DNA from: a virus
Lineage: Duplodnaviria > Heunggongvirae > Uroviricota > Caudoviricetes
DNA: 44,606 bases
Strand: one strand, 5' to 3'
Virus record (IMG/VR): IMGVR_UViG_2711768040_000011
Span: 1-44,606 of that record
The position numbers and the translations under genes are program-made. Positions 1 through 8,438 of this stretch are shown here, piece by piece. The stretch's first letter is position 1. Every line of letters begins with the position of its first letter. Under the pieces are notes generated by a model. The model saw only the letters and a program-made list of their open reading frames with translations, made no database searches and was not told the origin of the DNA.

Positions 1-672
1 ATGTGTGGACGTTTTGCACAAGCCCAAACCCGTGAAGACTATCTGGCGTACCTGGCCGACGAAGGAGATCGTGACATCGCCTACGACCCGGAGCCTATTG
101 GCCGTTACAACGTGTCGCCCGGTACCAAAGTCCTACTGCTGAGCGAGCGAGACGAGCAGCTGCATCTCGATCCGGTTCTGTGGTCGTACGCGCCCGGGTG
201 GTGGGATAAGCAGCCGCTGATTAACGCGCGCGTCGAGACGGCGGCCACTAGCAGAATGTTCAAACCTCTCTGGCAGCATGGCCGGGCGATCTGTTTTGCG
301 GATGGATGGTTTGAATGGAAGAAGGAAGGCGACAAGAAACAGCCCTACTTCATTCACCGGGCCGATGGCCTGCCCATTTTCATGGCGGCGATCGGCAGTA
401 CGCCTTTCGAACGCGGCGATGAAGCGGAAGGATTTCTGATAGTGACGTCTGCAGCTGACAAAGGCCTGGTCGATATTCACGACCGCCGGCCGCTGGTTCT
501 GTCACCTGAAGCGGCGCGCGAATGGATGCGTCAGGATGTAGGCGGGAAAGAAGCTGAGGAGATAATTGCCGACGGTACAGTGCCCGCCGACAAGTTTATC
601 TGGCACCCTGTTACGCGCGCCGTGGGCAATGTGAAGAATCAGGGCTCGGAGCTGATCCAGCCGCTTTCGTGA
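1..672 (+). CDS. yedK: SOS response-associated peptidase (SRAP/YedK family, abasic-site DNA-protein crosslink enzyme)
   Basis: 223-aa ORF beginning MCGRFAQ (Cys2 nucleophile hallmark of SRAP); starts at window base 1. Confidence 0.85.
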   Translation: MCGRFAQAQTREDYLAYLADEGDRDIAYDPEPIGRYNVSPGTKVLLLSERDEQLHLDPVLWSYAPGWWDKQPLINARVETAATSRMFKPLWQHGRAICFADGWFEWKKEGDKKQPYFIHRADGLPIFMAAIGSTPFERGDEAEGFLIVTSAADKGLVDIHDRRPLVLSPEAAREWMRQDVGGKEAEEIIADGTVPADKFIWHPVTRAVGNVKNQGSELIQPLS

Positions 673-681
673 GTTGCGGGT

Positions 682-999
682 TTATATCGGAAGCTCGTCA
701 TCCCTCGCACGGTTGATGAAGAACGTCACCCGCCCCATCACCTCTACCTCTTCCAGTGCCGGGCCTTCTATCGCCTCGCCATCGTCCGTGATTAACGCCT
801 TACCCATCAACTTGGCGAACTGCGTATGCCCTTCGCACAGGATCAGCAACACATCGCCTGGCGTCTTTTTCGTAGCCGGCTCTATTACTGCGTACCCCGT
901 ATCAGTCTCGAGAACCCTGCTCTCGGGCTTAATGTGGCACAGAACAACCGGGGAGAGCTGGCGCTCAACGTAATCCATCGCCGGTGAAGGAAATCCCAT
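682..999 (-). CDS. UmuD'-like protein (HumD-like; LexA/S24 fold, starts at the position of processed UmuD')
   Basis: N-terminus MGFPSPAMDYVERQ matches the UmuD segment immediately after the RecA-dependent cleavage site (GFPSPAADYVEQ); C-terminal blocks resemble UmuD; start overlaps upstream stop (TGATG). Confidence 0.55.
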   Translation of the reverse strand: MGFPSPAMDYVERQLSPVVLCHIKPESRVLETDTGYAVIEPATKKTPGDVLLILCEGHTQFAKLMGKALITDDGEAIEGPALEEVEVMGRVTFFINRARDDELPI

Positions 1000-1238
1000 C
1001 AGTGAACCCTCCCCATGTTGCGCAGGATCCAGTAGTGGTTGTCTGTCCCGTCAGTCGTCTTATCCGTGAAGTCTGGCTGATAGCGATCTATCCAGGCATT
1101 GGCGTCTGTTCGGGTAAAGTGCCAGTTGAACTCCCGCAGCTTCTCGATAAAGCTGTCTGTGCTCAGATAGCGGTAGCCCTTGGGATTGAGCTGTATGACC
1201 GCAACAAAGGCGGCATGTATGTCTGCTGTGCGTGGCAT
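999..1238 (-). CDS. hypothetical protein, first gene of SOS-box cassette
   Basis: 79-aa ORF from ATG at 1238 with GAGGTG SD; translationally coupled to downstream UmuD'-like gene; LexA box 19-34 nt upstream. Confidence 0.45.
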   Translation of the reverse strand: MPRTADIHAAFVAVIQLNPKGYRYLSTDSFIEKLREFNWHFTRTDANAWIDRYQPDFTDKTTDGTDNHYWILRNMGRVH

Positions 1239-1256
1239 AATCACCTCACAAAATAA

Positions 1257-1272
1257 CTGTATAGATATACAG
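1257..1272 (-). promoter_or_regulatory. LexA (SOS) box CTGT-N8-ACAG
   Basis: Palindrome aaCTGTATAGATATACAGta at 1255-1274, matching the enterobacterial SOS box consensus, immediately upstream of the minus-strand cassette. Confidence 0.6.
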
Positions 1273-1542
1273 TATCGTTGAGTATTAGCCTTGGTCAACC
1301 CGAAATTTTCTGATTTTCGTTACTGAGAGCTTAGGTATGGTGTAAGCTATTGACGTTAGTTTGCTCTCAACAAGTTACTAACTAGGGGGTCAGGCGGGCT
1401 TCGCTCTCTTGACCCCTGACTTTCCACATTGGTAGTTGTCCACTCCCTGCATCTGTTTTTACAAAGCACATAATCATTACACAAATTAAGCTTTATGATT
1501 ATAATGCTATTGTCTCTACATCTTTTGAGCCTAACAATCAAT

Positions 1543-2655
1543 ATGAAATTATCTCAAAATCAGTCTGATGCACTTGAGTCTCTCAGGGGGTTGTCAGCTA
1601 TCGCAGTGTTAATCTGTCACTTTTTTCAGGTCTTTCTGGCTAGATTTTATCCTGATTACTTTCATGCCGATTTGATCATTGCTCAGTCTAGCGTAATGAT
1701 TTTTTTTGTTATGAGTGGCTTTCTTATTGGTGTATCAGTGCAGTCAAACATCAGTCGAAACGGAAGTTTTGACCTCATTTCGTATGCCAAATCACGATTT
1801 CTTCGTATTTACCCGCCTTTATTGTTTGCCATTATATTGTGTTTCATTTTGTCTAGCTTGGCCCCAATTTTCTTTGAAAGCGGAAGCGCCTCTTTCATGA
1901 TCCCAGATGCTTTTACACGAGGTAAATCTCTGGAAATGCCAGCAAAAGAGATTTTGGCCTCACTTACTTTCATGAATGGATTCTTGCCAGTAGGTGCAAA
2001 TTTTAACTCCCCTCTGTGGAGCCTACCGTACGAGGTGTGGTACTACGTTGTCTTTGGCCTACTTGCAACTCTACGCCCTGGGCTTGTGATTCTTGGTCTT
2101 ATTTTTTTCTTTGTCATTTCAATGGCAAATGATCGCTTCATGGCTTACTCAGTAATATGGGGAGCCGGTTTCGCAATGTCATTCTTACTTTCAAGAACTG
2201 CTTATGCTAAAGCGCTATGTGTTATCGGGCTTGCTTATTTCGGTTATCAATCTTATTTAAATGCAGGAACATTCCTGGACGGAACAACCGATCTAGAAAT
2301 GTATAAAATTACATTCGGCCTCGCATTTTCCATGCTCGTTTATATAGCACTCTTCATTTATGACCTGCCTTTCAAGGTGTTAAAGAAATCATCAAAAATT
2401 TCATACACGTTATATATCACTCATTTCCCTGTTATGCTTTTCTTCATCGGAGCTTTCGAGTACACAGTTAAAAATGATGCTTCGTTATCTGCGGTCATTG
2501 GGATCTGCGCAATGGTTGTGGCCTTAATCATTTCGCATTACGCATCACAAGTTTTTGAGAACAAAAAAGTAATGGCTGCAATGTTTATGAAAAAGGCCAT
2601 GCAAGAAAAATCAAATATCAGAAGTCCGGAGCATACGTCCCTGACACAAAAATAG
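1543..2655 (+). CDS. membrane acyltransferase (acyltransferase-3/OafA family; putative O-antigen O-acetyltransferase, lysogenic conversion)
   Basis: Multi-TM protein with ESLRGLSAIAVLICH motif typical of acyltransferase-3; AT-rich; in-frame alternative start at 1495; 3' end overlaps tailspike 3' end. Confidence 0.8.
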   Translation: MKLSQNQSDALESLRGLSAIAVLICHFFQVFLARFYPDYFHADLIIAQSSVMIFFVMSGFLIGVSVQSNISRNGSFDLISYAKSRFLRIYPPLLFAIILCFILSSLAPIFFESGSASFMIPDAFTRGKSLEMPAKEILASLTFMNGFLPVGANFNSPLWSLPYEVWYYVVFGLLATLRPGLVILGLIFFFVISMANDRFMAYSVIWGAGFAMSFLLSRTAYAKALCVIGLAYFGYQSYLNAGTFLDGTTDLEMYKITFGLAFSMLVYIALFIYDLPFKVLKKSSKISYTLYITHFPVMLFFIGAFEYTVKNDASLSAVIGICAMVVALIISHYASQVFENKKVMAAMFMKKAMQEKSNIRSPEHTSLTQK

Positions 2656-4570
2656 TCGTGCCGAGAGACTGCAGGAATGCTGGTTTTACTAGAACATTCT
2701 TGAGGCTAACTGCTACCCACGTGCTATTCGAAACGTTGGCCGCCATCACGATAGTTTGTGTCGTTGATGGCGCATTCACTCCCACCGTAGCAGACGTGTC
2801 TACAAGAGTAGAACCAGCATAATATGACACTGCAGGTAACGTAGTTGTTGCTCCATGTGTCAATGTCACAAGACCAGCTGAACCAGATGCCGACACAAGG
2901 GATGAAATCCATGCTGGGGGAGTTGCGGCAGGCCTGCCAGATCTGATTTCGCCAGTATTTACGTTTACTATAATATCCAGATTGGCATATATAGTTACAC
3001 GCAAATTATAATCTGTGCTTACGTTTAATCTGTCAGCAATAGCAAACAAGCCACTGGTTAATTCTGTTCTGTTTAAATATGCGGTAAAATCAAACCAACA
3101 CGACGCATTATCTGAAATGGTAAATAATAATGAGTTACCGTCACTTGCAGGAGCAACCTTCGATATATTCGACGGGCGCATCACTCCAGTATCGTTATTT
3201 AGATTAAGAATTTGCCACGAAGAACTAGATGAGGCATATCGTGCTGCTGCAGCACAATGCTTTGCCCTTAGCCATGGCGCAACGTTGTTTCCTGTGTACT
3301 GTAACAGATCCTCAGGGGTCTTTGTTTTCACTCCCCCCTTCTCGATAGCCCACAATCCTCTCGCCGCTCCTGCACCCATGGTGTTATAGCCTTTTTGGGT
3401 ATAGTGAACTCCTTCTGTTCCTACGTTTCCGTCACGATTAAGGAATGAAGGACACCCATCAAAAGCAGTAACAGCAATATCTCGAGCATTAACAACATAT
3501 CTCTGAGCGTTCTGGATGGTTTGCCATGTGTATTCTGGTCGGTTCTTTGGGCTGCCAACTGTACAGTTTGCGAACCTTGCCAGAGGTATATCTGCAGAAA
3601 GATTATCGATGAGATTAACAAACAAAGATCGGTAAGAATCGAACGATGTCTCGTTAAGCTGATCTGTTTCACCCTGATGGAAGAGAACATATACTTTTCC
3701 GAGCGTTAACCCCTGAGTCCCCATTCTTGATATTGCATTATTAACACCTGCAACTAATAAGCCATAATAGTCAGACGCGCCAGTAGATGCCCCCTTAGAA
3801 AGTTGAGCTAACGAGGTAGCACCACGACCACAATGAACAACAACAGCACCCCTGCCACTCAGTCGATACCATTCGTTAGTAAATTCACCCCATGCATGCC
3901 CTGAAGATGCCACTCCTGACGAGCTTACAATGGCCTGAATGATCGGTTTAATAGTACCGTCTGTGAAATCATACATCAGTGATTTCGGCAGCGGGGATGG
4001 GAATCCAGACGTATCACCAGAAAGAATGGCCTCGCCAGCGCTATTGGACTGGCCGTAGGTCACGATCAGGTCATATACATCAGGGGCTTCAAGATATTTT
4101 GTACCCCTAACGTTCTGCGCAACCTGAGATGCCGGCACTCCAGCAATACTCACCGTGCTATTAACATCGGCTAGCTGCTTACGGAGAACATCGCTAACGT
4201 CAACGAGTTGCCATTTACCCTCGCCTGTTCCGCCTGATGAGCCAGGCGTTGATCCAGAAGGAACTGTCTTGGGTAATGTCGAAAGGTCATCCCATCGGTA
4301 CCATGCGCCAGAGGTAGTGTCCTGGATGATATCTCCTGGGTTATTGACTATCGCCCCACCCTGGAAGGTTCCTACGGGATTCCAGCCAAGGGCATAGATC
4401 TGTTCGAGAACCAAAGCCTTCAGACCTTCAATCGTGTAGTGCTTATTCCCGAAGCGATCGATATACCACTCAGCAAAAGAGGTAACGAATTCATCTATTT
4501 TCCCGGCGTTAAATTTCAGGTCAATTGGGGATTCGCTCGGTACAGGCCTATTGGTAGGTGTAGTAGCCAT
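2618..4570 (-). CDS. tailspike / receptor-binding protein with SGNH (SASA/DUF303-type) esterase domain
   Basis: 650-aa ORF at distal end of tail module; central GQSNSAGEA and HQGETD blocks resemble sialate O-acetylesterase family motifs; C-terminal third is AT-rich. Confidence 0.75.
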   Translation of the reverse strand: MATTPTNRPVPSESPIDLKFNAGKIDEFVTSFAEWYIDRFGNKHYTIEGLKALVLEQIYALGWNPVGTFQGGAIVNNPGDIIQDTTSGAWYRWDDLSTLPKTVPSGSTPGSSGGTGEGKWQLVDVSDVLRKQLADVNSTVSIAGVPASQVAQNVRGTKYLEAPDVYDLIVTYGQSNSAGEAILSGDTSGFPSPLPKSLMYDFTDGTIKPIIQAIVSSSGVASSGHAWGEFTNEWYRLSGRGAVVVHCGRGATSLAQLSKGASTGASDYYGLLVAGVNNAISRMGTQGLTLGKVYVLFHQGETDQLNETSFDSYRSLFVNLIDNLSADIPLARFANCTVGSPKNRPEYTWQTIQNAQRYVVNARDIAVTAFDGCPSFLNRDGNVGTEGVHYTQKGYNTMGAGAARGLWAIEKGGVKTKTPEDLLQYTGNNVAPWLRAKHCAAAARYASSSSSWQILNLNNDTGVMRPSNISKVAPASDGNSLLFTISDNASCWFDFTAYLNRTELTSGLFAIADRLNVSTDYNLRVTIYANLDIIVNVNTGEIRSGRPAATPPAWISSLVSASGSAGLVTLTHGATTTLPAVSYYAGSTLVDTSATVGVNAPSTTQTIVMAANVSNSTWVAVSLKNVLVKPAFLQSLGTTIFVSGTYAPDF

Positions 4571-4581
4571 ATTTATTCCAT

Positions 4582-4605
4582 AAAAAACCCGGCACAGTGG
4601 CCGGG
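4582..4605 (-). terminator. rho-independent terminator-like hairpin between tail tip gene and tailspike
   Basis: cccggc-acagtg-gccggg stem-loop followed by U-run on minus strand. Confidence 0.45.
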
Positions 4606-4627
4606 TCGGGTTGGTCGGGGACGGTTC

Positions 4628-7105
4628 TTATTGATAGATGGCGTCGCTGTACTCTGCGACAGTCAGAGATACCGTGTTATCTGTGTTCGGTTTGATGCTG
4701 TTGACCTTCCATAGTTGGCTGTTCAGCTCTTCCACTGTCGCAATGAGGTAGCGCGACGGGAGCTGTACAGTGTCTCCGTTCCAGATATTGAGTTGAATCT
4801 CGGGTATTGCCGCGGTGAATCCGTACTTCGTATCGGCGCGGGCGGTGGCCGGATAGCGCAGAGTCGGGTTGCCCAGGCTGTCGGTCACCAGGACATACAT
4901 CGAGCCGGTAAACGTTATTGGCTCGCTGGTATCAAAATTATTCCCGGCGCGGCCAGTGATATAACCTTGCTGCTGGTTGCTGTCGTAGATATCCGCTATC
5001 TGCACGACGCTACCGACCTGCATGATCCCGTCCTCAAACACTTTGGCGTTCATCTTCACCCGGGAGTAGATAAGGCGCCTCGTTTCGCGCAGAGCGCGTT
5101 CCCGCGCCTGATACTCGTTACGGAAGCCGACTATCTCGATTTTGTTCGGGTTCTCCGCTTCCTGCTCGACGATAGCGCCGTTCAGAACGCGGTAGTTGAT
5201 GTACGTCTTGTTGTTCGTGGTTGGATGCACGTAGGACACCTGCACGCCGTCGTAGCCGCCAGGAAGAGTGGCCTCGTACGTCATTTTGTACTCGTCCGTC
5301 TTCATGTTGGCACGGTTGAATACGGCCGCCGGGTAGTCAACCTTTTGATCACGGGTAAACGTCAGCACGCCGTCGTCCCAGTACGCAATGACAGATGCCG
5401 CATTGCAGATCGCCTGCACGCGGTCGCCGAGAGAATCGTTCTCGTCATCAAACGTGTAGTCGAAGTAACCCAGGCGTTCGTCAGGTAAGCTTTCAGCGAT
5501 CGAGTACAGGCCGTAAAGGTCAATGCTGCTAACAGGTTGCTCACCCATAATCAGCCAGGTATGCGCCACTGCATCAGCGAACGAGCGCGAGGCCCGCAGG
5601 GTGTAATCCACCGCTTGCGTCGTCAGGTTGTAACTGATGGTCTGACGCGTCACCAGGGCGTTGTATTTGCGGTCACGGCTGCCCAGGGCGTTCTCCGTCG
5701 CCCTTACCTTCACGCGCACCAGCGTATCGGTTGGATGCACGACGTTGGTTCTGACGTTGACCGAGTGGATCTCCTCAACCTTCAGGATAGAGGCATCACT
5801 GGAGTTATCTGTGCGCTGGAAGTTAATGGCGTACTTGCCGAAACCGCCGGTCGGCGTCAGCTTATCGGTGCGGTAAAATACTTCGCTCGATGATTTGTGC
5901 GGCGTACCCTGATGGTAGGTGAACGTCTGTTGCGTTCCCGGCACCTGGTTGTAGTCATCGTCAATCTTCCAGATCGTTACCTTCCAGTCAGCGGACTTTT
6001 TGCCGCCCAGCTGCACCTGAGTGTGCAGCCACAACTGAGAGGATTCGACAGGCGAGAAGAACGGGCCTACCACGAGCGCTTCGTTATCGTTGAGTATGAA
6101 CTTTGTCGTGTTGATGGTCGCCGTTGCCGGCACGTCAGGAGGGCCAATCAGATCCCCCATCGTGAATGTGTACCACCGGACCGGGTTAACCACTGCGCCG
6201 TCGTTGGTTTCGACAGCTGAAATCAGCGTGCCGGAGAAATCGACATCCTGCGTAACGTTTCCGGTTGGCGAGCTGTAGGTGACGTTAATCGTAAAGGTAA
6301 CGGCGTGCGGCAGGACCAGGCCCATGAAGTAATCAAACTCAGGCTGCTTGACGATTTTTACTGCAATCTGCCCGCCGGAGTAAGTTCCGCTCACAACCGT
6401 AGTAGCCGTAGCAGTCTCGATCGGGAAATTATCCGATTCGTTTTGCCCGGGCACTTCCTGGCCATCCACGTCGTCGAACCCGTAGCCTTCGTTGATGGTA
6501 GGGATCACTTCACCCGGCTGGTAAAACTGGAATTCTGCACCGGCCATGCTTCCGAGGCTGGACTCTGAATAACGCACAGACTCGTAATCATATTTGCCGA
6601 TCCCGATGCACATCCACTCAGTAACGTACTTCAGGCCGCCATCCGTGTCGCTCTGGCGCACGTATTCGAACAGCGACTCCTGAATCAGGTCCGGGAACGA
6701 ACGGATTTGTCCGTAGATGTCCGGTTTTGCTTTGTAGACGCGTGCCGTATTCGTCTGGCCGGTTAGGCTATTGTTTGGCGAGTCAATCGTGTTGCCGCCG
6801 GTATTGGCTATCGCCGGCTTTGGTGCAAGGAAAGAGAATACCGCGCCGACAACTTTGAAGATCGGGCTGAGAATGTCGCCAATGATGCCCTTGGGCTGGT
6901 CGAATATCTGGACGGTGTCCAGTTCACATAGCTCAAACGCCAGCTCATCATCTTCGCCCAGCTTTACGCCGTTGCGGACGATCAGCAGATCGCGGTGAAA
7001 GGTAGCGTCATTAGCTGCAAGCCAGTCATAAAAAAGGGTGCCGTTTGGCACCCTGCAACGCAGCTTAGGCGTTCCTGGAAAATTCGATATCTCAACCAGA
7101 GCCAT
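4628..7105 (-). CDS. tail tip / host specificity protein (gpJ-like central tail fibre)
   Basis: 825-aa ORF directly downstream of NlpC/P60 tail gene in conserved tail-tip order. Confidence 0.65.
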   Translation of the reverse strand: MALVEISNFPGTPKLRCRVPNGTLFYDWLAANDATFHRDLLIVRNGVKLGEDDELAFELCELDTVQIFDQPKGIIGDILSPIFKVVGAVFSFLAPKPAIANTGGNTIDSPNNSLTGQTNTARVYKAKPDIYGQIRSFPDLIQESLFEYVRQSDTDGGLKYVTEWMCIGIGKYDYESVRYSESSLGSMAGAEFQFYQPGEVIPTINEGYGFDDVDGQEVPGQNESDNFPIETATATTVVSGTYSGGQIAVKIVKQPEFDYFMGLVLPHAVTFTINVTYSSPTGNVTQDVDFSGTLISAVETNDGAVVNPVRWYTFTMGDLIGPPDVPATATINTTKFILNDNEALVVGPFFSPVESSQLWLHTQVQLGGKKSADWKVTIWKIDDDYNQVPGTQQTFTYHQGTPHKSSSEVFYRTDKLTPTGGFGKYAINFQRTDNSSDASILKVEEIHSVNVRTNVVHPTDTLVRVKVRATENALGSRDRKYNALVTRQTISYNLTTQAVDYTLRASRSFADAVAHTWLIMGEQPVSSIDLYGLYSIAESLPDERLGYFDYTFDDENDSLGDRVQAICNAASVIAYWDDGVLTFTRDQKVDYPAAVFNRANMKTDEYKMTYEATLPGGYDGVQVSYVHPTTNNKTYINYRVLNGAIVEQEAENPNKIEIVGFRNEYQARERALRETRRLIYSRVKMNAKVFEDGIMQVGSVVQIADIYDSNQQQGYITGRAGNNFDTSEPITFTGSMYVLVTDSLGNPTLRYPATARADTKYGFTAAIPEIQLNIWNGDTVQLPSRYLIATVEELNSQLWKVNSIKPNTDNTVSLTVAEYSDAIYQ

Positions 7106-7508
7106 ATTCGAAAAACTCCACTTTGGTGAATGCCCGCTGAATGACCAGCAACGAGTCCATGCGTACGCTTCCGTTCTCGCCGCGCGAGTGCAGCGCCTGA
7201 CGGTTTAGTACCAGACCAACATGCGCCGGTTGCGCGCCGCGGTACCCGACGAATATCCCACCCTCGACCGGCTTATCCACCGGGCGCCAGAAAACGACAT
7301 CACCTTGGTAGCAGGTGAAGAAGTCCTCACCGGCTTCGTAGTCCGGCGTCTGGTGCAGTTCAATGCCGAGAACGTGCCGGTAATACAGCACCACCAGGCC
7401 CCAACAATCGACCTTCTCGAAAGAGCAGGCCCGGTTAGCCCACGGCACGCCGATCACCTTCCGAACAAAATCAGAGGTACTGCAGGCCGGTATATTCCGT
7501 TGGGTCAT
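7092..7508 (-). CDS. tail assembly protein, NlpC/P60-like (gpK-like)
   Basis: 138-aa ORF with Cys-containing CWGLV motif; position between minor tail protein and tip protein. Confidence 0.55.
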   Translation of the reverse strand: MTQRNIPACSTSDFVRKVIGVPWANRACSFEKVDCWGLVVLYYRHVLGIELHQTPDYEAGEDFFTCYQGDVVFWRPVDKPVEGGIFVGYRGAQPAHVGLVLNRQALHSRGENGSVRMDSLLVIQRAFTKVEFFEYGSG

Positions 7509-7941
7509 AGAGCCTTCCGATGTTGTTGTTCAGCGGGTTGGTGACGGACAGGGTTACTGACGCGGAGTCAGCGTCGATGTCCACTGTCTTGACGTATAAC
7601 TGCCAGGACTTAATCGGCACAGACACGTCCCCGCTGTCGAAGATCTGCCTTGTGGCCGTGATGGCCGTCAGCCGGGCCGCGCCCTTCCACTGCTTCATCA
7701 GCGCTTTGATATCCGACGACAGCCGCCCTAATTTCACCGTCGCGTCGATCACCGGCGTACCGCTCTGCTGGCTCTCTTCGATTTCAAAACGCGCGGGCGT
7801 GTACGTCTGGCCACCAAGCGTTTTCTCGAAGAACTGCTTATCGACCAGGCGGACATAACCAAATGATGGATGGTAGAACGTGATGGTGTCGTACAGACCT
7901 CGCGTCGGGCGCTGCTGCTTATACTCCCTAAAGCTCGGCAT
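7471..7941 (-). CDS. minor tail protein
   Basis: ORF with start MPSFREYK coupled to upstream stop at 7941; tail module position. Confidence 0.55.
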   Translation of the reverse strand: MPSFREYKQQRPTRGLYDTITFYHPSFGYVRLVDKQFFEKTLGGQTYTPARFEIEESQQSGTPVIDATVKLGRLSSDIKALMKQWKGAARLTAITATRQIFDSGDVSVPIKSWQLYVKTVDIDADSASVTLSVTNPLNNNIGRLYDPTEYTGLQYL

Positions 7942-8438
7942 TACGGCACCCTCGGTAGTGATTCCGGATCGCGTCCGTCCGGATAGCCAGTGACAACGAT
8001 ATCCAGCCAGGAATCCCACGGCGGCGGCAGTTCAACAATGATGTCGTCGAATTCGTCGTCGGCGTTGTAGAGGTGGTTCGCAATAACGGTCCCCGTCCAG
8101 GTCACCACCCCGCCGTCGATACTGGTTTGCACCGGCATCTGCGTGAAGTGAAGCTCCTGCAGCTGCAGGCCACTGCCGCCCAGGTTGATATTCATCCGGA
8201 ACCAGTTCAGGCCCCGGTTGAGATAGTTCGGGCTGCGCAGCCACTGTTGGAAAGCGCGCTCCTGCGCCAGGGTGAATATCCACGTCAGCGACCAGGTCAC
8301 TTTCAGGTCGTCGGTTTGGTTCTCGAATATGGCCGGGCCGACCGCTGGCTGATCGGTCTGGAACCCGGTATCGAGCGTCATGTTTTTGCTGGCCTTCTGC
8401 GCCAGCGGCAGCCAGTCGGGATAGTCGATAATTGGCAT
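7941..8438 (-). CDS. minor tail protein (distal tail component)
   Basis: 165-aa ORF immediately after tape measure gene, start overlaps TMP stop. Confidence 0.5.
   Translation of the reverse strand: MPIIDYPDWLPLAQKASKNMTLDTGFQTDQPAVGPAIFENQTDDLKVTWSLTWIFTLAQERAFQQWLRSPNYLNRGLNWFRMNINLGGSGLQLQELHFTQMPVQTSIDGGVVTWTGTVIANHLYNADDEFDDIIVELPPPWDSWLDIVVTGYPDGRDPESLPRVP

Noticed and set aside
1715-1900. 61-aa plus-strand ORF inside the acyltransferase gene
   Set aside because: Alternate-frame ORF wholly within a well-supported membrane protein gene.
4715-6568. Series of plus-strand ORFs opposite the 825-aa tail tip gene
   Set aside because: Antisense frames with Arg/Val/His-rich composition; the minus-strand gene is continuous and in operon context.
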